Origin: Lachnospiraceae bacterium
Lineage (GTDB): Bacteria; Bacillota; Clostridia; Lachnospirales; Lachnospiraceae
Assembly: GCA_022793065.1 (NCBI GenBank)
Contig: JAAWCE010000076.1
Coordinates: 595-64,594, forward strand
DNA length: 64,000 nt
Reading direction: 5' to 3'
Part shown: one piece after another, positions 8,428-18,671 of the stretch
Layout: each line of letters begins with the position of its first letter
Numbering within the stretch: the stretch's first letter is position 1
Made by a program: the position numbers and the translations under genes
Notes under the pieces: generated by a model
The model's input: the letters and a program-made list of their open reading frames with translations, nothing else
The model's database searches: none
Told to the model about the DNA's origin: nothing

Positions 8428-10047
8428 CTATTCCAGCACATAAACATAATAATTTTTATCATGCCGTAAGAGAGACCATGAATTTAAACGATCGTTTTGG
8501 GCAACCAGTCGGTCTAAGATCTCTTCGGGACCATCCATGTATACAATCAGCTTTTCGGCTGATTTCAGAGTATCGCTTTCAATCACTGTTGCTTCTTCGT
8601 CGTATCTGATAAATACAATGCGTTCAAAAGGCCATAATTCATTTGCAATATACATTGTTTTGTATCTTGTATTTGGGTCATAGATCATAACAAGCGGATA
8701 TTGTGCATTGTCACGGGCGTATTGAAGGGTTTCTGCTTTATCCTGGTATAGAAACAGGATATTACCCTGGATATGTCCGGCTATGGCCGGCAAGAGTATT
8801 CCTATGGCCAGGGCAATTGACAGAATTGCTTTTGCCTTAGCGGTTGAAAAAAGGGATTCTGCCAGGAATACTGCTTTGCAGATGGTATATGCAATGAAAG
8901 GTAAAAGCAATGCGGCGGCAGGATAAAAATATCTGCAGGAGGCATCCCCTAAGAATAAAGCGGTTTTGCTTGTAATCCATACTGTAATCATTGCCATTGG
9001 CAGCCCGATTCCAAGAATTGCAAAATTGGTTCGGGGCATGGGAATATTTTGATGTTTGCGCTTTAATATGAATATTATGCCTATTAAGAGTGATATCATG
9101 AGAATTCCCATGATGGGGTACAACATTCCGCTGAAGAAATTTTTGTTCAGCACAGGGAGGAACAATTTCAGCATTGAAAATAAATCTGAACCAAAGAGGC
9201 CCCCAAAGGCGGCCTCTCCTCGTTCTTCAGAGAGAATCTGGTCAATGGAAGAAGGAAATGTCAAAAAAGCAAGTCCCAGAGCGGCCAACAGGGACGCTCC
9301 AAAGAGCAACATTCTCAAGAAACATTTTTCCTTATAACATAAGGTTCGGACCACTGCATAGATGCAAAATCCCAAAGTCAGGAAAAATGGGATGTAAAGG
9401 CAGAAATAATGGGTCAGGAAAGCAAAATAACATGTTGCGGCGCCGCACAGGGTAATTGCCGCAAAACGTTTTCTACTGTGGGTCAGGTTCTGCATTGCCA
9501 TCACAAAGACATCTATAAAGAGAACGGTCCACATAACGCTCATACAGTACATTCTGGTCAGCATAACATTGCTTATGAAGGCAGGATGGATGGCATAAAG
9601 CAGCCCTGAAAGCAGGGATAAAAAATAGCTATGCGGGCTTTTATCCATATGAAAGATGAAAAACATAATACCTCCGCAAGCTATGAGAGAGTAGCAGGCG
9701 TTTAACAGTATGCCGAACCATTTGTAAAAAGAATAGGGAAATAAGGACATTACAAAGTGCAGGGTTACATAATATAAGGGGGGATGGACATCTTTTTCAT
9801 GAATTTGTACCACATTGGCAAAATCAAATCTAAGTTCATCCGTTACAAAAAAGTATGACAGAATATCCATTCCGCTTTTTTCCTGTATGGGACCGTAGGG
9901 ATTCATGGATTCATAGCCGGCACTGGTAGAATAGGAATAATATTCGTCTTCATGAAATGCTTCTTTTTGGGTTCCATAAAATATAATCAGAATCATATGA
10001 ATAAAAAGTATTATGGCAGCCATTGCTGTAAATTTTTTCTTTGTCAT
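8428..10047 (-). CDS. polytopic membrane glycosyltransferase (GT-C fold, ArnT/PMT-like)
   Basis: The protein has about 12 hydrophobic segments. It carries an early FHEDEYY loop and an HPPLYY motif typical of GT39/GT83-like enzymes. The start ATG at 10047 follows GGGAGGTATC. Confidence 0.6.
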   Translation of the reverse strand: MTKKKFTAMAAIILFIHMILIIFYGTQKEAFHEDEYYSYSTSAGYESMNPYGPIQEKSGMDILSYFFVTDELRFDFANVVQIHEKDVHPPLYYVTLHFVMSLFPYSFYKWFGILLNACYSLIACGGIMFFIFHMDKSPHSYFLSLLSGLLYAIHPAFISNVMLTRMYCMSVMWTVLFIDVFVMAMQNLTHSRKRFAAITLCGAATCYFAFLTHYFCLYIPFFLTLGFCIYAVVRTLCYKEKCFLRMLLFGASLLAALGLAFLTFPSSIDQILSEERGEAAFGGLFGSDLFSMLKLFLPVLNKNFFSGMLYPIMGILMISLLIGIIFILKRKHQNIPMPRTNFAILGIGLPMAMITVWITSKTALFLGDASCRYFYPAAALLLPFIAYTICKAVFLAESLFSTAKAKAILSIALAIGILLPAIAGHIQGNILFLYQDKAETLQYARDNAQYPLVMIYDPNTRYKTMYIANELWPFERIVFIRYDEEATVIESDTLKSAEKLIVYMDGPEEILDRLVAQNDRLNSWSLLRHDKNYYVYVLE

Positions 10048-10263
10048 TGTGATACCTCCCTGTCCGTCTTCTCTGTGCTGTACAGACGCCGCTGACAGCG
10101 GCCGCCGTGCTTCCTTATCATACAACGAGCCATTATGCCTGTCAAGTAATACCATTTGCAGTAACAGTTTGTCATGATATTTGCAAAGATTTTATGGAAT
10201 TCTTTCCGCGCTTATGCTAAAATAAAGATTAAATAATGCTGCGCAGAAGAGAGGAGAAGCAAA

Positions 10264-11985
10264 ATGGGTTATATGGAAGAATTTAAGTTTTGGCTGGAGG
10301 ATGATTATTTTGACCAGGACACAAAGAATGAGCTGATTGCGATCAGCGACAACCAACAGGAAATCGAAGAGAGATTTTACAAAGAGTTGGAATTTGGTAC
10401 GGGAGGGTTACGTGGAATTATCGGCGCCGGTACGAACCGGATGAATTTATATACGGTTCGTAAGGCCACACAGGGGCTTGCGAATTTCATTATAAAGAAA
10501 GGGACGGAAGCGAAGGGGGTTGCCATTGCTTACGATTCCAGGAATATGTCTCCTGAGTTTGCGGATGAAGCGGCCCTTTGCCTGGCAGCAAACGGTATTA
10601 AAGCATATGTGTTTGATTCGCTGCGTCCTACGCCGGAGCTTTCTTTTGCACTTCGTACACTTGGCTGTACGGCTGGAATTGTCGTAACTGCAAGCCATAA
10701 TCCGCCGGAGTACAATGGATATAAGGTATATTGGGAAGACGGCGCCCAGGTTACGGCGCCTTTTGATAAACAGATTATTGAGGAAGTCCAGAGTATAAAG
10801 GATTATCATACGGTTAAAACTATGCCCAAAGCAGAGGCATTGGAGAAGAATTTATATCAGGTAATCGGCAAGGAAATTGACGATGCGTATATGGTGGAGT
10901 TAAAAAAGCAGATTATTCATCCGGAAGTAATTGAGGAAATGGCAGATGATATTAAAATTGTTTATACACCTCTCTGCGGCACGGGTAATCTGCCGGCAAG
11001 ACGTATTCTTTCCGAACTTGGTTTTAAGCATGTCTATGTGGTTCCGGAACAGGAAAATCCAGATCCTAAATTTACCACATTGGATTATCCGAATCCGGAA
11101 GATCCAAAGGCATTTACGTATGCTTTGCGTCTGGCAAAGGAAAAAGATGCGGATATTGTACTGGCTACAGACCCGGATGCGGACCGTTTGGGCGTTTATG
11201 CCAAAGATACGAAGACAGGGGAATATATACCTTTTACCGGCAATATGTCTGGTATGCTGATTGCGGAATATATTTTAAGGGAGCGTGCTGCAACTGGCAC
11301 TATGCCGGAAAATCCGGCGTTGGTAACTACCATTGTTACCACCAATATGACCAATCCCATCACCAATACTTATGGTGTTAAACTGATTGAAGTGCTTACG
11401 GGCTTTAAATTTATCGGCGAGCAGATTAAACTCTTTGAACAGACGGGCAGCAATCATTATGTGTTTGGTCTGGAAGAAAGTTATGGCTGTCTGGCGGGAA
11501 CTCACGCAAGGGATAAGGATGCAATTGTGGCGGTTATGTGTCTTTGCGAAGTGGCTGCTTACTGTAAGAAACAGGGCAAGACTTTGTGGGATATGATGCT
11601 GGATACGTATGAAAAGTATGGTTATTATAAGGAGTCGCAATACACCATTACTTTAAAGGGAATTGACGGTTCCAGGCAGATTGCAGAGATTATGGAGAAA
11701 CTTCGTCAGAATCCTCCTAAGGCGTTTGGAGACTTGAAGGTAACGAAATTCAGAGATTATCAGGCAGACAAGATTGTGGACATGGCAACCGGTGAGGAAG
11801 GGAAGACAGGATTGCCTGCATCCAACGTACTTTATTTTGAATTGCCTGACGACGCATGGTGCTGTGCTCGTCCCTCCGGAACAGAACCGAAGATTAAGTT
11901 CTATATGGGCGTAAAGGGAACAAGCCTTGAGGATGCCCAGGCAAGACTTGAAAAGTTGACGGAAGATTTGAAGGCGGTACTGTAA
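10264..11985 (+). CDS. pgcA: phosphoglucomutase / phosphomannomutase (alpha-D-phosphohexomutase)
   Basis: The active-site motif is TASHNPPEYNGYK. The metal loop is DPDADR and the sugar-binding loop is GLEESYG. Confidence 0.88.
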   Translation: MGYMEEFKFWLEDDYFDQDTKNELIAISDNQQEIEERFYKELEFGTGGLRGIIGAGTNRMNLYTVRKATQGLANFIIKKGTEAKGVAIAYDSRNMSPEFADEAALCLAANGIKAYVFDSLRPTPELSFALRTLGCTAGIVVTASHNPPEYNGYKVYWEDGAQVTAPFDKQIIEEVQSIKDYHTVKTMPKAEALEKNLYQVIGKEIDDAYMVELKKQIIHPEVIEEMADDIKIVYTPLCGTGNLPARRILSELGFKHVYVVPEQENPDPKFTTLDYPNPEDPKAFTYALRLAKEKDADIVLATDPDADRLGVYAKDTKTGEYIPFTGNMSGMLIAEYILRERAATGTMPENPALVTTIVTTNMTNPITNTYGVKLIEVLTGFKFIGEQIKLFEQTGSNHYVFGLEESYGCLAGTHARDKDAIVAVMCLCEVAAYCKKQGKTLWDMMLDTYEKYGYYKESQYTITLKGIDGSRQIAEIMEKLRQNPPKAFGDLKVTKFRDYQADKIVDMATGEEGKTGLPASNVLYFELPDDAWCCARPSGTEPKIKFYMGVKGTSLEDAQARLEKLTEDLKAVL

Positions 11986-12273
11986 AAAGTTATTGTTCCT
12001 GAGGGTTTATATTCCCTGTCCGAATGTTATGACGTCATGATACTTTTATGATTTCAGGGTTCGCGGAGCGGTTCCTGAAATATGCCCTGGGGGCAAGGTA
12101 TGGCGTTGTGATATTTGGGCAGGGAATTATTTCTATGGATGCTGATTCCTATAAGCAGAAAGAATTGTTGCTTAGCCCTTTGGCGACAGAGGGATTTGCC
12201 GGAGGGTGAAATGGCTGGTCTGGTGAGAGTGGCAGAATGAGGATGAAAGAAAGGTACGATTGAGGAGTTGGAA

Positions 12274-13608
12274 ATGGGTCTGGCAGACATTAAGAAAACA
12301 GTATATTTTTTGGAACGGAATGGGATAAGAAAAACCTGGTATGCTGTCAGGGAGAGGCTGGAGGCAAGGCGAGGACCACAGTATAAATGGGAGCCCTTAT
12401 CGGAGTCGGAATTGGAGTCGCAGCGGCGGCAGTGGGCGAGAGAAAAATTTACGGTCACCTTCAGCATTGTATCCCCGGCATACAGAACGGCAGAAGCGCA
12501 TCTCAGGGAAATGATGGAATCTTTACAATGTCAGACATATCCGAAATGGGAACTGATTTTAGCAGATGCAACGGAAGATGACAGTGTGCAGCGGGTGGTC
12601 CGGACCATGGAGGATTCTCGTATTCATTATATTCCCTTAAAGGAGAACGTTTCCATTGCAGAAAATACCAATCAGGCGCTGAAATATGTAACGGGTGAGT
12701 ATGTAGGTTTGTTGGACCATGATGATGTTCTGACGGAGAATGCACTATATGAGATGGCGTTATGTATTGAGCAGGGAAGAAAGCAGGGGAAGGAACTGCA
12801 AATGCTTTATTCTGACGAAGACAAATGCAGCGGGGACAGAACATTGTACTTTGAGCCAAACAGGAAAGAAGATTTTAACCTGGACCTTCTTTTGAGCAAT
12901 AATTATATCTGCCATTTCCTGGTGATGAAACGGGAATTCATACAAAAACTGGGGTTCAGGCAGGAATTTAACGGTGCACAGGATTATGATTTGGTACTGC
13001 GGGCGGCAGCAGAACTATGGAATAGAGAGGAAACCATTGTGCATATCCCTAAGGTACTTTATCATTGGCGCTGTCACAGGGCGTCTACTGCGGAAAACCC
13101 CCGCAGTAAACTTTACGCATATGAGGCAGGCCGCAGGGCAATTCAAGATTTCGCAGACCGGGCCCGGTGGAAAGCGCGGGCGGTAGATACTCCCCATGTG
13201 GGATTTTATACATTGCAATATGAAGAAAATCCTTTTTGGTGCAGACAGGACATTGGAGCCATCGGAGGCAGGGTGGTGCGCAGGAAAAAAGTGATTGGCG
13301 GCAGAATGACGGAAGAGGGAAAGATAGTGTACGAAAATCTGCCAATTGGTTACAGCGGTTATCTTCATCGGGCGGCATTGCAGCAAGATGCAATGGCCGT
13401 TGATATTCGGAATATTCGGGTAAGAGAAGAGTGCAGAGAGATATTTCGACAGGTTGTGGGAGTTGCGTATAAAACTGTCAGTGAAAACGATTGCTTTGAC
13501 ACCTCTGTTTTGCCGGAAAATTGTGATTATGTGCAATTAAGTTTGAAACTTTGTTCTGCCATTAGGGAAGCCGGATACCGGATTTTATATCTGCCCGTAA
13601 GCGTCTGA
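12274..13608 (+). CDS. glycosyltransferase family 2
   Basis: Supporting motifs are FSIVSPAYRT, a YVGLLDHDDVL DxD region and LYSDED. The start ATG at 12274 lies 6 nt after GAGGAG. Confidence 0.75.
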   Translation: MGLADIKKTVYFLERNGIRKTWYAVRERLEARRGPQYKWEPLSESELESQRRQWAREKFTVTFSIVSPAYRTAEAHLREMMESLQCQTYPKWELILADATEDDSVQRVVRTMEDSRIHYIPLKENVSIAENTNQALKYVTGEYVGLLDHDDVLTENALYEMALCIEQGRKQGKELQMLYSDEDKCSGDRTLYFEPNRKEDFNLDLLLSNNYICHFLVMKREFIQKLGFRQEFNGAQDYDLVLRAAAELWNREETIVHIPKVLYHWRCHRASTAENPRSKLYAYEAGRRAIQDFADRARWKARAVDTPHVGFYTLQYEENPFWCRQDIGAIGGRVVRRKKVIGGRMTEEGKIVYENLPIGYSGYLHRAALQQDAMAVDIRNIRVREECREIFRQVVGVAYKTVSENDCFDTSVLPENCDYVQLSLKLCSAIREAGYRILYLPVSV

Positions 13609-13664
13609 ACTTTTGGCCAGCCGTCAATTCAATATTGTGAGAGGAAGGGTGAAAAGTCATAGGT

Positions 13665-14633
13665 ATGAAGGAAGTAACCGTTATTATTCCCAATTATAAT
13701 GGGATCAAGTTTCTCAAAGAGTGCCTGGAAGCCGTATTACATCAGGACGAAAACACTCCGGAATATCAGGTGCTTGTGGTGGACAACGGTTCCAAAGACG
13801 GGAGCCTGGAATTGATGCGTCTTCGGTTTCCTCAGGTTAATATGATTGCCTTACCTGAGAACACCGGTTTCTGTCATGCGGTTAATGTGGGAATCCGTGC
13901 CGCAGACACCCCGTATGTATTATTGCTCAACAATGACACAAAAGTTGATTTTTACTTTATCAAAGCATTATATAAAGCCATAGAGGACAGGCCCAGAGTT
14001 TTTTCCGTCAGTGGAAAAATGCTGATGTGGGACAGACCGGAGCTTGTGGATGACGCGGGAGACAGGTATTGTGTGCTTGGGTGGGCATACGCGCGGGGAA
14101 AAGGGCGTCCGGCCCAAAATTATGAAAAGCCTTCGGAAATTTTTTCCGCTTGCGGCGGCGCTGCTATCTACAGAAAAAGCATTTTTGACCAAATCGGCCT
14201 CTTTGACGAGGCTCATTTTGCGTATTTGGAAGATTTAGACATAGGATATCGTGCAAGGCTATGGGGTTACAGAAACTATTATGAACCTTCTGCGAAAGTC
14301 ATTCATTACGGAAGCGCCACCAGCGGTTCACGGTATAATGAATGGAAAACTTCTCTGGCAGCAGCCAACAGCGTATATGTTATTTTGAAAAATATGCCCT
14401 TTTGGCAGATTCTTTGGAATATGCCTTTTTTATTTTTGGGTTTTTTCCTGAAATTTCTTTTTTTCTGTAAAAAAGGAATGGGTATGATATATATGAAAGG
14501 ATTGAGAGATGGTTTTCAGAAATCAGCCGCTAATTCCAGGAGTTTCAAGAAGCGGAAGAGAGACTGGAAGAACTGTCTGGCGGTGCAGTGGCAACTCTAT
14601 GTGAATGTTTTTCGTATTCTTAAGAAATATTAA
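13665..14633 (+). CDS. glycosyltransferase family 2 (rhamnosyltransferase-like)
   Basis: Supporting motifs are VIIPNYNG, VVDNGSKDGS, LLNNDT and the YLEDLD region. Confidence 0.8.
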   Translation: MKEVTVIIPNYNGIKFLKECLEAVLHQDENTPEYQVLVVDNGSKDGSLELMRLRFPQVNMIALPENTGFCHAVNVGIRAADTPYVLLLNNDTKVDFYFIKALYKAIEDRPRVFSVSGKMLMWDRPELVDDAGDRYCVLGWAYARGKGRPAQNYEKPSEIFSACGGAAIYRKSIFDQIGLFDEAHFAYLEDLDIGYRARLWGYRNYYEPSAKVIHYGSATSGSRYNEWKTSLAAANSVYVILKNMPFWQILWNMPFLFLGFFLKFLFFCKKGMGMIYMKGLRDGFQKSAANSRSFKKRKRDWKNCLAVQWQLYVNVFRILKKY

Positions 14634-14695
14634 GAAACAACTTCATAAAATCCTAAGTTGCACTTTTTAAAATAATATAGTAAGGTATACATCAG

Positions 14696-16111
14696 GTGAC
14701 GCTTATGATAAAAGACAATCAGAAAGTATTTAACCGCTTAATGGTGGCTGCGGATGCGGCTATTACCGCGGCATCCCTTATGTCGGCCTACTTTTTTAAA
14801 TTTTATATTTTAAATGACGGGCCGGGTGTGGGAGTACTTCCGGCAGGCGATTATTTTATGTTGTTGCCTTTTTTGGTTCCCATGTATATGTTGCTGTATT
14901 ATGCCAATGATGTATACTCGCCAAAGCGGACGGTGCGCCGTAGATTTGAGATATATGGGATCGTGAAGGCGAATACAATCGGAATTATGTCGTTGATCAT
15001 TATTTTATATATGATCATCCGTGAGATAAATTTTTCTCGTTCCGTAATGGCTTTTTTTTATTTGTTTAATGTGTTTTTTACCTCTTGTTTTCGGCTTGCG
15101 CTGCGCAAAGGGCTGCGCACAATCCGCTCCAAAGGATTTAACCTGAAGCATATTTTGCTTGTGGGCTATTCGCGGGCGGCGGAGGAATATATTGACAGGC
15201 TGATGGACAATCCTCAGTGGGGATATGTGGCATGTGGGATTCTGGATAATCATATTCCGGCGGGGACGGTTTATAAGGGAGTAAAGGTTCTTGGCAGTCT
15301 GGGGAACCTGGAGATTATTCTGCCGGAGAATAAGATGGATGAGATAGCAATTACACTATCGCTAAAAGATTACAATTATTTAGAAAGTATTGTTTCTACC
15401 TGTGAAAAGTCGGGAGTGCATACGAAATTTATTCCCGATTATAACAGCCTGATTCCCAGTAAGCCTTATACGGAGGATTTGATGGGGCTGCCGGTTGTGA
15501 ATATCAGATATGTTCCTTTGACCAATACGGGGAATATTTTTATAAAACGAGTGGTGGATATTATTGGTTCATTGGCAGGAATTTTGATTACTTCACCCAT
15601 TATGCTTCTGTCAGCGGCAATTATTAAGCTTACCAGCCGGGGCCCTGTTATTTTTAAGCAGGAAAGAGTTGGACTTCACAACAGTTCTTTTTATATGTAT
15701 AAATTTCGCAGTATGGAGATGCAGCTGCCCGGAGAGGAAAAGAAGGCATGGACTGTAAAGGACGACCCCAGAGTGACAGCGGTGGGGAAATTTCTGAGAA
15801 GGACCAGTTTGGATGAACTTCCCCAACTATTCAATATATTGAAAGGGGATATGAGTTTGGTGGGACCAAGACCGGAACGACCTCTATTTGTAGAGAAATT
15901 TAAAGAAGAGATTCCAAGATATATGGTGAAACACCAGGTTAGACCAGGGCTCACCGGATGGGCGCAGGTAAATGGCCTAAGGGGAGATACTTCTATTCGG
16001 AAACGAATTGAATATGATATATATTACATTGAAAACTGGACCGTATGGTTTGATTTTAAGATAATTCTGATGACTTTTTTTACCGGGTTTATCAACAAAA
16101 ATGCTTACTGA
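14696..16111 (+). CDS. polyprenyl-phosphate sugar phosphotransferase (priming glycosyltransferase, WbaP/EpsL class)
   Basis: An N-terminal TM bundle is followed by the C-terminal bacterial sugar-transferase signature: KFRSM, DELPQLFNILKGDMSLVGPRP and PGLTGWAQVNG. The start is either GTG 14696 or ATG 14705. Confidence 0.88.
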   Translation: MTLMIKDNQKVFNRLMVAADAAITAASLMSAYFFKFYILNDGPGVGVLPAGDYFMLLPFLVPMYMLLYYANDVYSPKRTVRRRFEIYGIVKANTIGIMSLIIILYMIIREINFSRSVMAFFYLFNVFFTSCFRLALRKGLRTIRSKGFNLKHILLVGYSRAAEEYIDRLMDNPQWGYVACGILDNHIPAGTVYKGVKVLGSLGNLEIILPENKMDEIAITLSLKDYNYLESIVSTCEKSGVHTKFIPDYNSLIPSKPYTEDLMGLPVVNIRYVPLTNTGNIFIKRVVDIIGSLAGILITSPIMLLSAAIIKLTSRGPVIFKQERVGLHNSSFYMYKFRSMEMQLPGEEKKAWTVKDDPRVTAVGKFLRRTSLDELPQLFNILKGDMSLVGPRPERPLFVEKFKEEIPRYMVKHQVRPGLTGWAQVNGLRGDTSIRKRIEYDIYYIENWTVWFDFKIILMTFFTGFINKNAY

Positions 16112-16126
16112 TAAGGAGAAGGGATT

Positions 16127-17206
16127 ATGGCGACGAGGAGAAGGGCAAGAGGGAACCAAAAAGGTAAAATGATATTGTTCATTGTGGAGATTTTGATCAT
16201 TATCATTATGGTGGTTGTGCTGATTGTGGTTATGAATAGTAAGGCGGCCGAAGGGCCTAAATTGACCGAGTTGGACCCAAAGAGGGTGGAGATACCGGAA
16301 GAGGTGAAGCAGCAGGCGGAAGAGGGCGGCACCATGCACGGATATATGAATATCGCGCTTTTTGGCCTGGATGCGGAAACATCCAAGCAGCTTTACAGCA
16401 ATAGCCGAAGCGATAGTACCATGATTGCCAGTATTAATCTTGATACGGGAGACATTAAGTTGGTCAGTGTGTATCGGGATACTTATTTGAATATTGGCAC
16501 GGATAAATATCAGAAATGTAATGCGGCGTATTCTTTTGGCGGTGCGGAACAGGCCGTGAAAATGTTAAATATGAATCTGGATATGAATATCACTAATTTC
16601 GTTGCAGTGGGTTATAAGGGACTGAGCAGTGTGATTGACGGCCTGGGCGGGGTGTATGTGGATGTGGACAGCGAAGAGATCAAGCATATCAACAATTACC
16701 AGATTGGCGTTGCCAACGTGCTGAAATGTGATTATACTCCGGTTGAGAAGACGGGGTATCAGCTTTTGAATGGTCTGCAGGCAACGGCTTATTGTCGGAT
16801 ACGTCAGACGGCGGGAAGTGATTTTATGCGTACTGCCAGGCAAAGGGAAGTGCTGAAAGCCATTGAGGAGCAGGCAAAGAAAACGGATTTGGCTACGCTC
16901 ACAAAGGTCTTTAACGACTGCATTGGCAATATTTATACCAGTCTGGACTCCAAGGATATTTTGGATTTGTTGAAAAATATTTCTAATTATAAGATTGTGG
17001 AAGAAGAGGGATTTCCTAGGGAGGATATGCGGGGAAATGCCAATGTGGGCGCATATGGCGCATGTGTAATTCCGCTCAGTTTGGAGGATAATGTGGTATG
17101 GCTGCATCAGTTTTTGTTTGACGATGAAGAGTACACCGTTACGGAAAGTGTAAAAGAGTACAGCCAAAAAATTAAATCCGATACGGCACAATATCTTCAA
17201 AGATAG
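16127..17206 (+). CDS. LytR-CpsA-Psr (LCP) family cell-wall glycopolymer ligase
   Basis: An N-terminal TM helix is followed by RSDSTMIASINLDTGDIKLVSVYRDTY and ATAYCRIR motifs. Confidence 0.85.
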   Translation: MATRRRARGNQKGKMILFIVEILIIIIMVVVLIVVMNSKAAEGPKLTELDPKRVEIPEEVKQQAEEGGTMHGYMNIALFGLDAETSKQLYSNSRSDSTMIASINLDTGDIKLVSVYRDTYLNIGTDKYQKCNAAYSFGGAEQAVKMLNMNLDMNITNFVAVGYKGLSSVIDGLGGVYVDVDSEEIKHINNYQIGVANVLKCDYTPVEKTGYQLLNGLQATAYCRIRQTAGSDFMRTARQREVLKAIEEQAKKTDLATLTKVFNDCIGNIYTSLDSKDILDLLKNISNYKIVEEEGFPREDMRGNANVGAYGACVIPLSLEDNVVWLHQFLFDDEEYTVTESVKEYSQKIKSDTAQYLQR

Positions 17207-17330
17207 GTGGAAGTGGAGTGTGTGGAAAAGGGGGCTTTCAAGCTCCCTTTCTTGAGTGTATAGGTTGCGGCATAGGGGTGGGTATGGATTTTATATCTGG
17301 CTTTATGATCATACAAAGGGGTATAAATGA

Positions 17331-18257
17331 TTGAAAATAGATGTAATTATTCCCATATATAAACCGGATCGAACTCTCTTTTTACTTTTGGATAGTTTAG
17401 AGAGACAGACGGTGCCGGTTCAGAATATAATACTGATGAATACGGAGAGAATATATTTTGAGCAATTGACGGCGGGAGCGGAGTTTGAAAAAAAGTATGC
17501 CAATGTAAAGGTATACCATTTGTCGAAAAGAGAATTTGACCATGGGGGAACAAGGCGCCGAGGGGTGCAGTATTCTGACGGAGATATCTTTGTAATGATG
17601 ACTCAGGATGCAGTGCCGGCGGATCGTTTTCTGCTGGAACGACTTACAGGGGCATTGTCTCAGAATGTGGCGGCTGCGTATGCCAGGCAGCTTCCGGGGA
17701 AGGATTCTTCGGAATTTGAAAAGATTTCCAGAGAATTTAACTACCCTGATAAATCCCAGGTGAAAACCAAAGCAGATTTGGAGAAAATGGGAATAAAGAC
17801 GTTTTTCTGTTCCAATGTATGTGCTGCATACCGCAGGGATATATACGAGGAATCAGGCGGATTTATCTCACATACAATTTTTAATGAAGATATGATATAT
17901 GCTTCGGGATTGATCAGGGCGGGATATGAGATTGCCTATGTGGCGGAGGCTAAGGTGGTGCACTCCCATAATTATACAAACTGGATGCAGCTCAGACGTA
18001 ATTTTGACTTGGGTGTATCCCAGGCGGACCACCCGGAGGTATTTGGGGGAATTACATCTGAAAAAGAAGGAAAGAATCTGGTAAAAAAGGCGTGGAAGTA
18101 TTTTCGGGAAAATAAATGCTCATATAGATTTCTGGGATTTTGTTTTCAATGTGGTTTTAAGTATGCCGGATACCTTATGGGGAAACATTACAGATTTCTT
18201 CCCAGAGGATTCATTATACGTATCACTACAAACAAGGAATACTGGATGCAGAAGTAG
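17331..18257 (+). CDS. glycosyltransferase family 2
   Basis: Supporting motifs are VIIPIYKPD and MMTQDAVP. The start is TTG, because the nearby ATG at 17327 is out of frame and short. Confidence 0.7.
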   Translation: MKIDVIIPIYKPDRTLFLLLDSLERQTVPVQNIILMNTERIYFEQLTAGAEFEKKYANVKVYHLSKREFDHGGTRRRGVQYSDGDIFVMMTQDAVPADRFLLERLTGALSQNVAAAYARQLPGKDSSEFEKISREFNYPDKSQVKTKADLEKMGIKTFFCSNVCAAYRRDIYEESGGFISHTIFNEDMIYASGLIRAGYEIAYVAEAKVVHSHNYTNWMQLRRNFDLGVSQADHPEVFGGITSEKEGKNLVKKAWKYFRENKCSYRFLGFCFQCGFKYAGYLMGKHYRFLPRGFIIRITTNKEYWMQK

Positions 18258-18290
18258 TGTCAGCACGGAACTGAAATCGGAGGTTGTAAG

Positions 18291-18575
18291 ATGAAACTTT
18301 TTGAAAAGATGAATTGGAAACTATTTAACTTAGCTTTATGGATTGAAATAATATTATCTTATTTTCTCCCTTTTAAGATAACGGACAGTTTACGTTACAA
18401 AGTTGGGTTTCCCATGCCATATTTATATATGGATAATAGGGATCTTGATATAAGCCCTTTTATGTCAATGCATTGTAACCCCATAGGGCTATTATTTAAC
18501 GGGATTATAATTTATATTCTCGTGATTGTGGGTATAAAATTATATCATAGACTTAGACAAAAGCATATAAAATGA
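18291..18575 (+). CDS. small hypothetical membrane protein (two predicted TM helices)
   Basis: A good RBS (GGAGG) lies 8 nt upstream of the ATG. The gene is visibly more AT-rich than its neighbours. Confidence 0.5.
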   Translation: MKLFEKMNWKLFNLALWIEIILSYFLPFKITDSLRYKVGFPMPYLYMDNRDLDISPFMSMHCNPIGLLFNGIIIYILVIVGIKLYHRLRQKHIK

Positions 18576-18671
18576 AAGTACATTTTAAGACAACGGCGAT
18601 TATTTCCCAGACAACGAGGTTATAGGAATGACAGGGGCGCCGCAGAGGAGAGACTGGAATAGGAGGAAATT

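Noticed and set aside
18576-18671. Possible glmS ribozyme upstream of glmS, as found in many Firmicutes
   Set aside because: The spacer is only 96 nt. I could not find the conserved core elements (for example the AGCGCC...GGCGCC P1/P2 pairing and the GACGAGG-containing core in the proper context). The single ACGAGG string is not enough.
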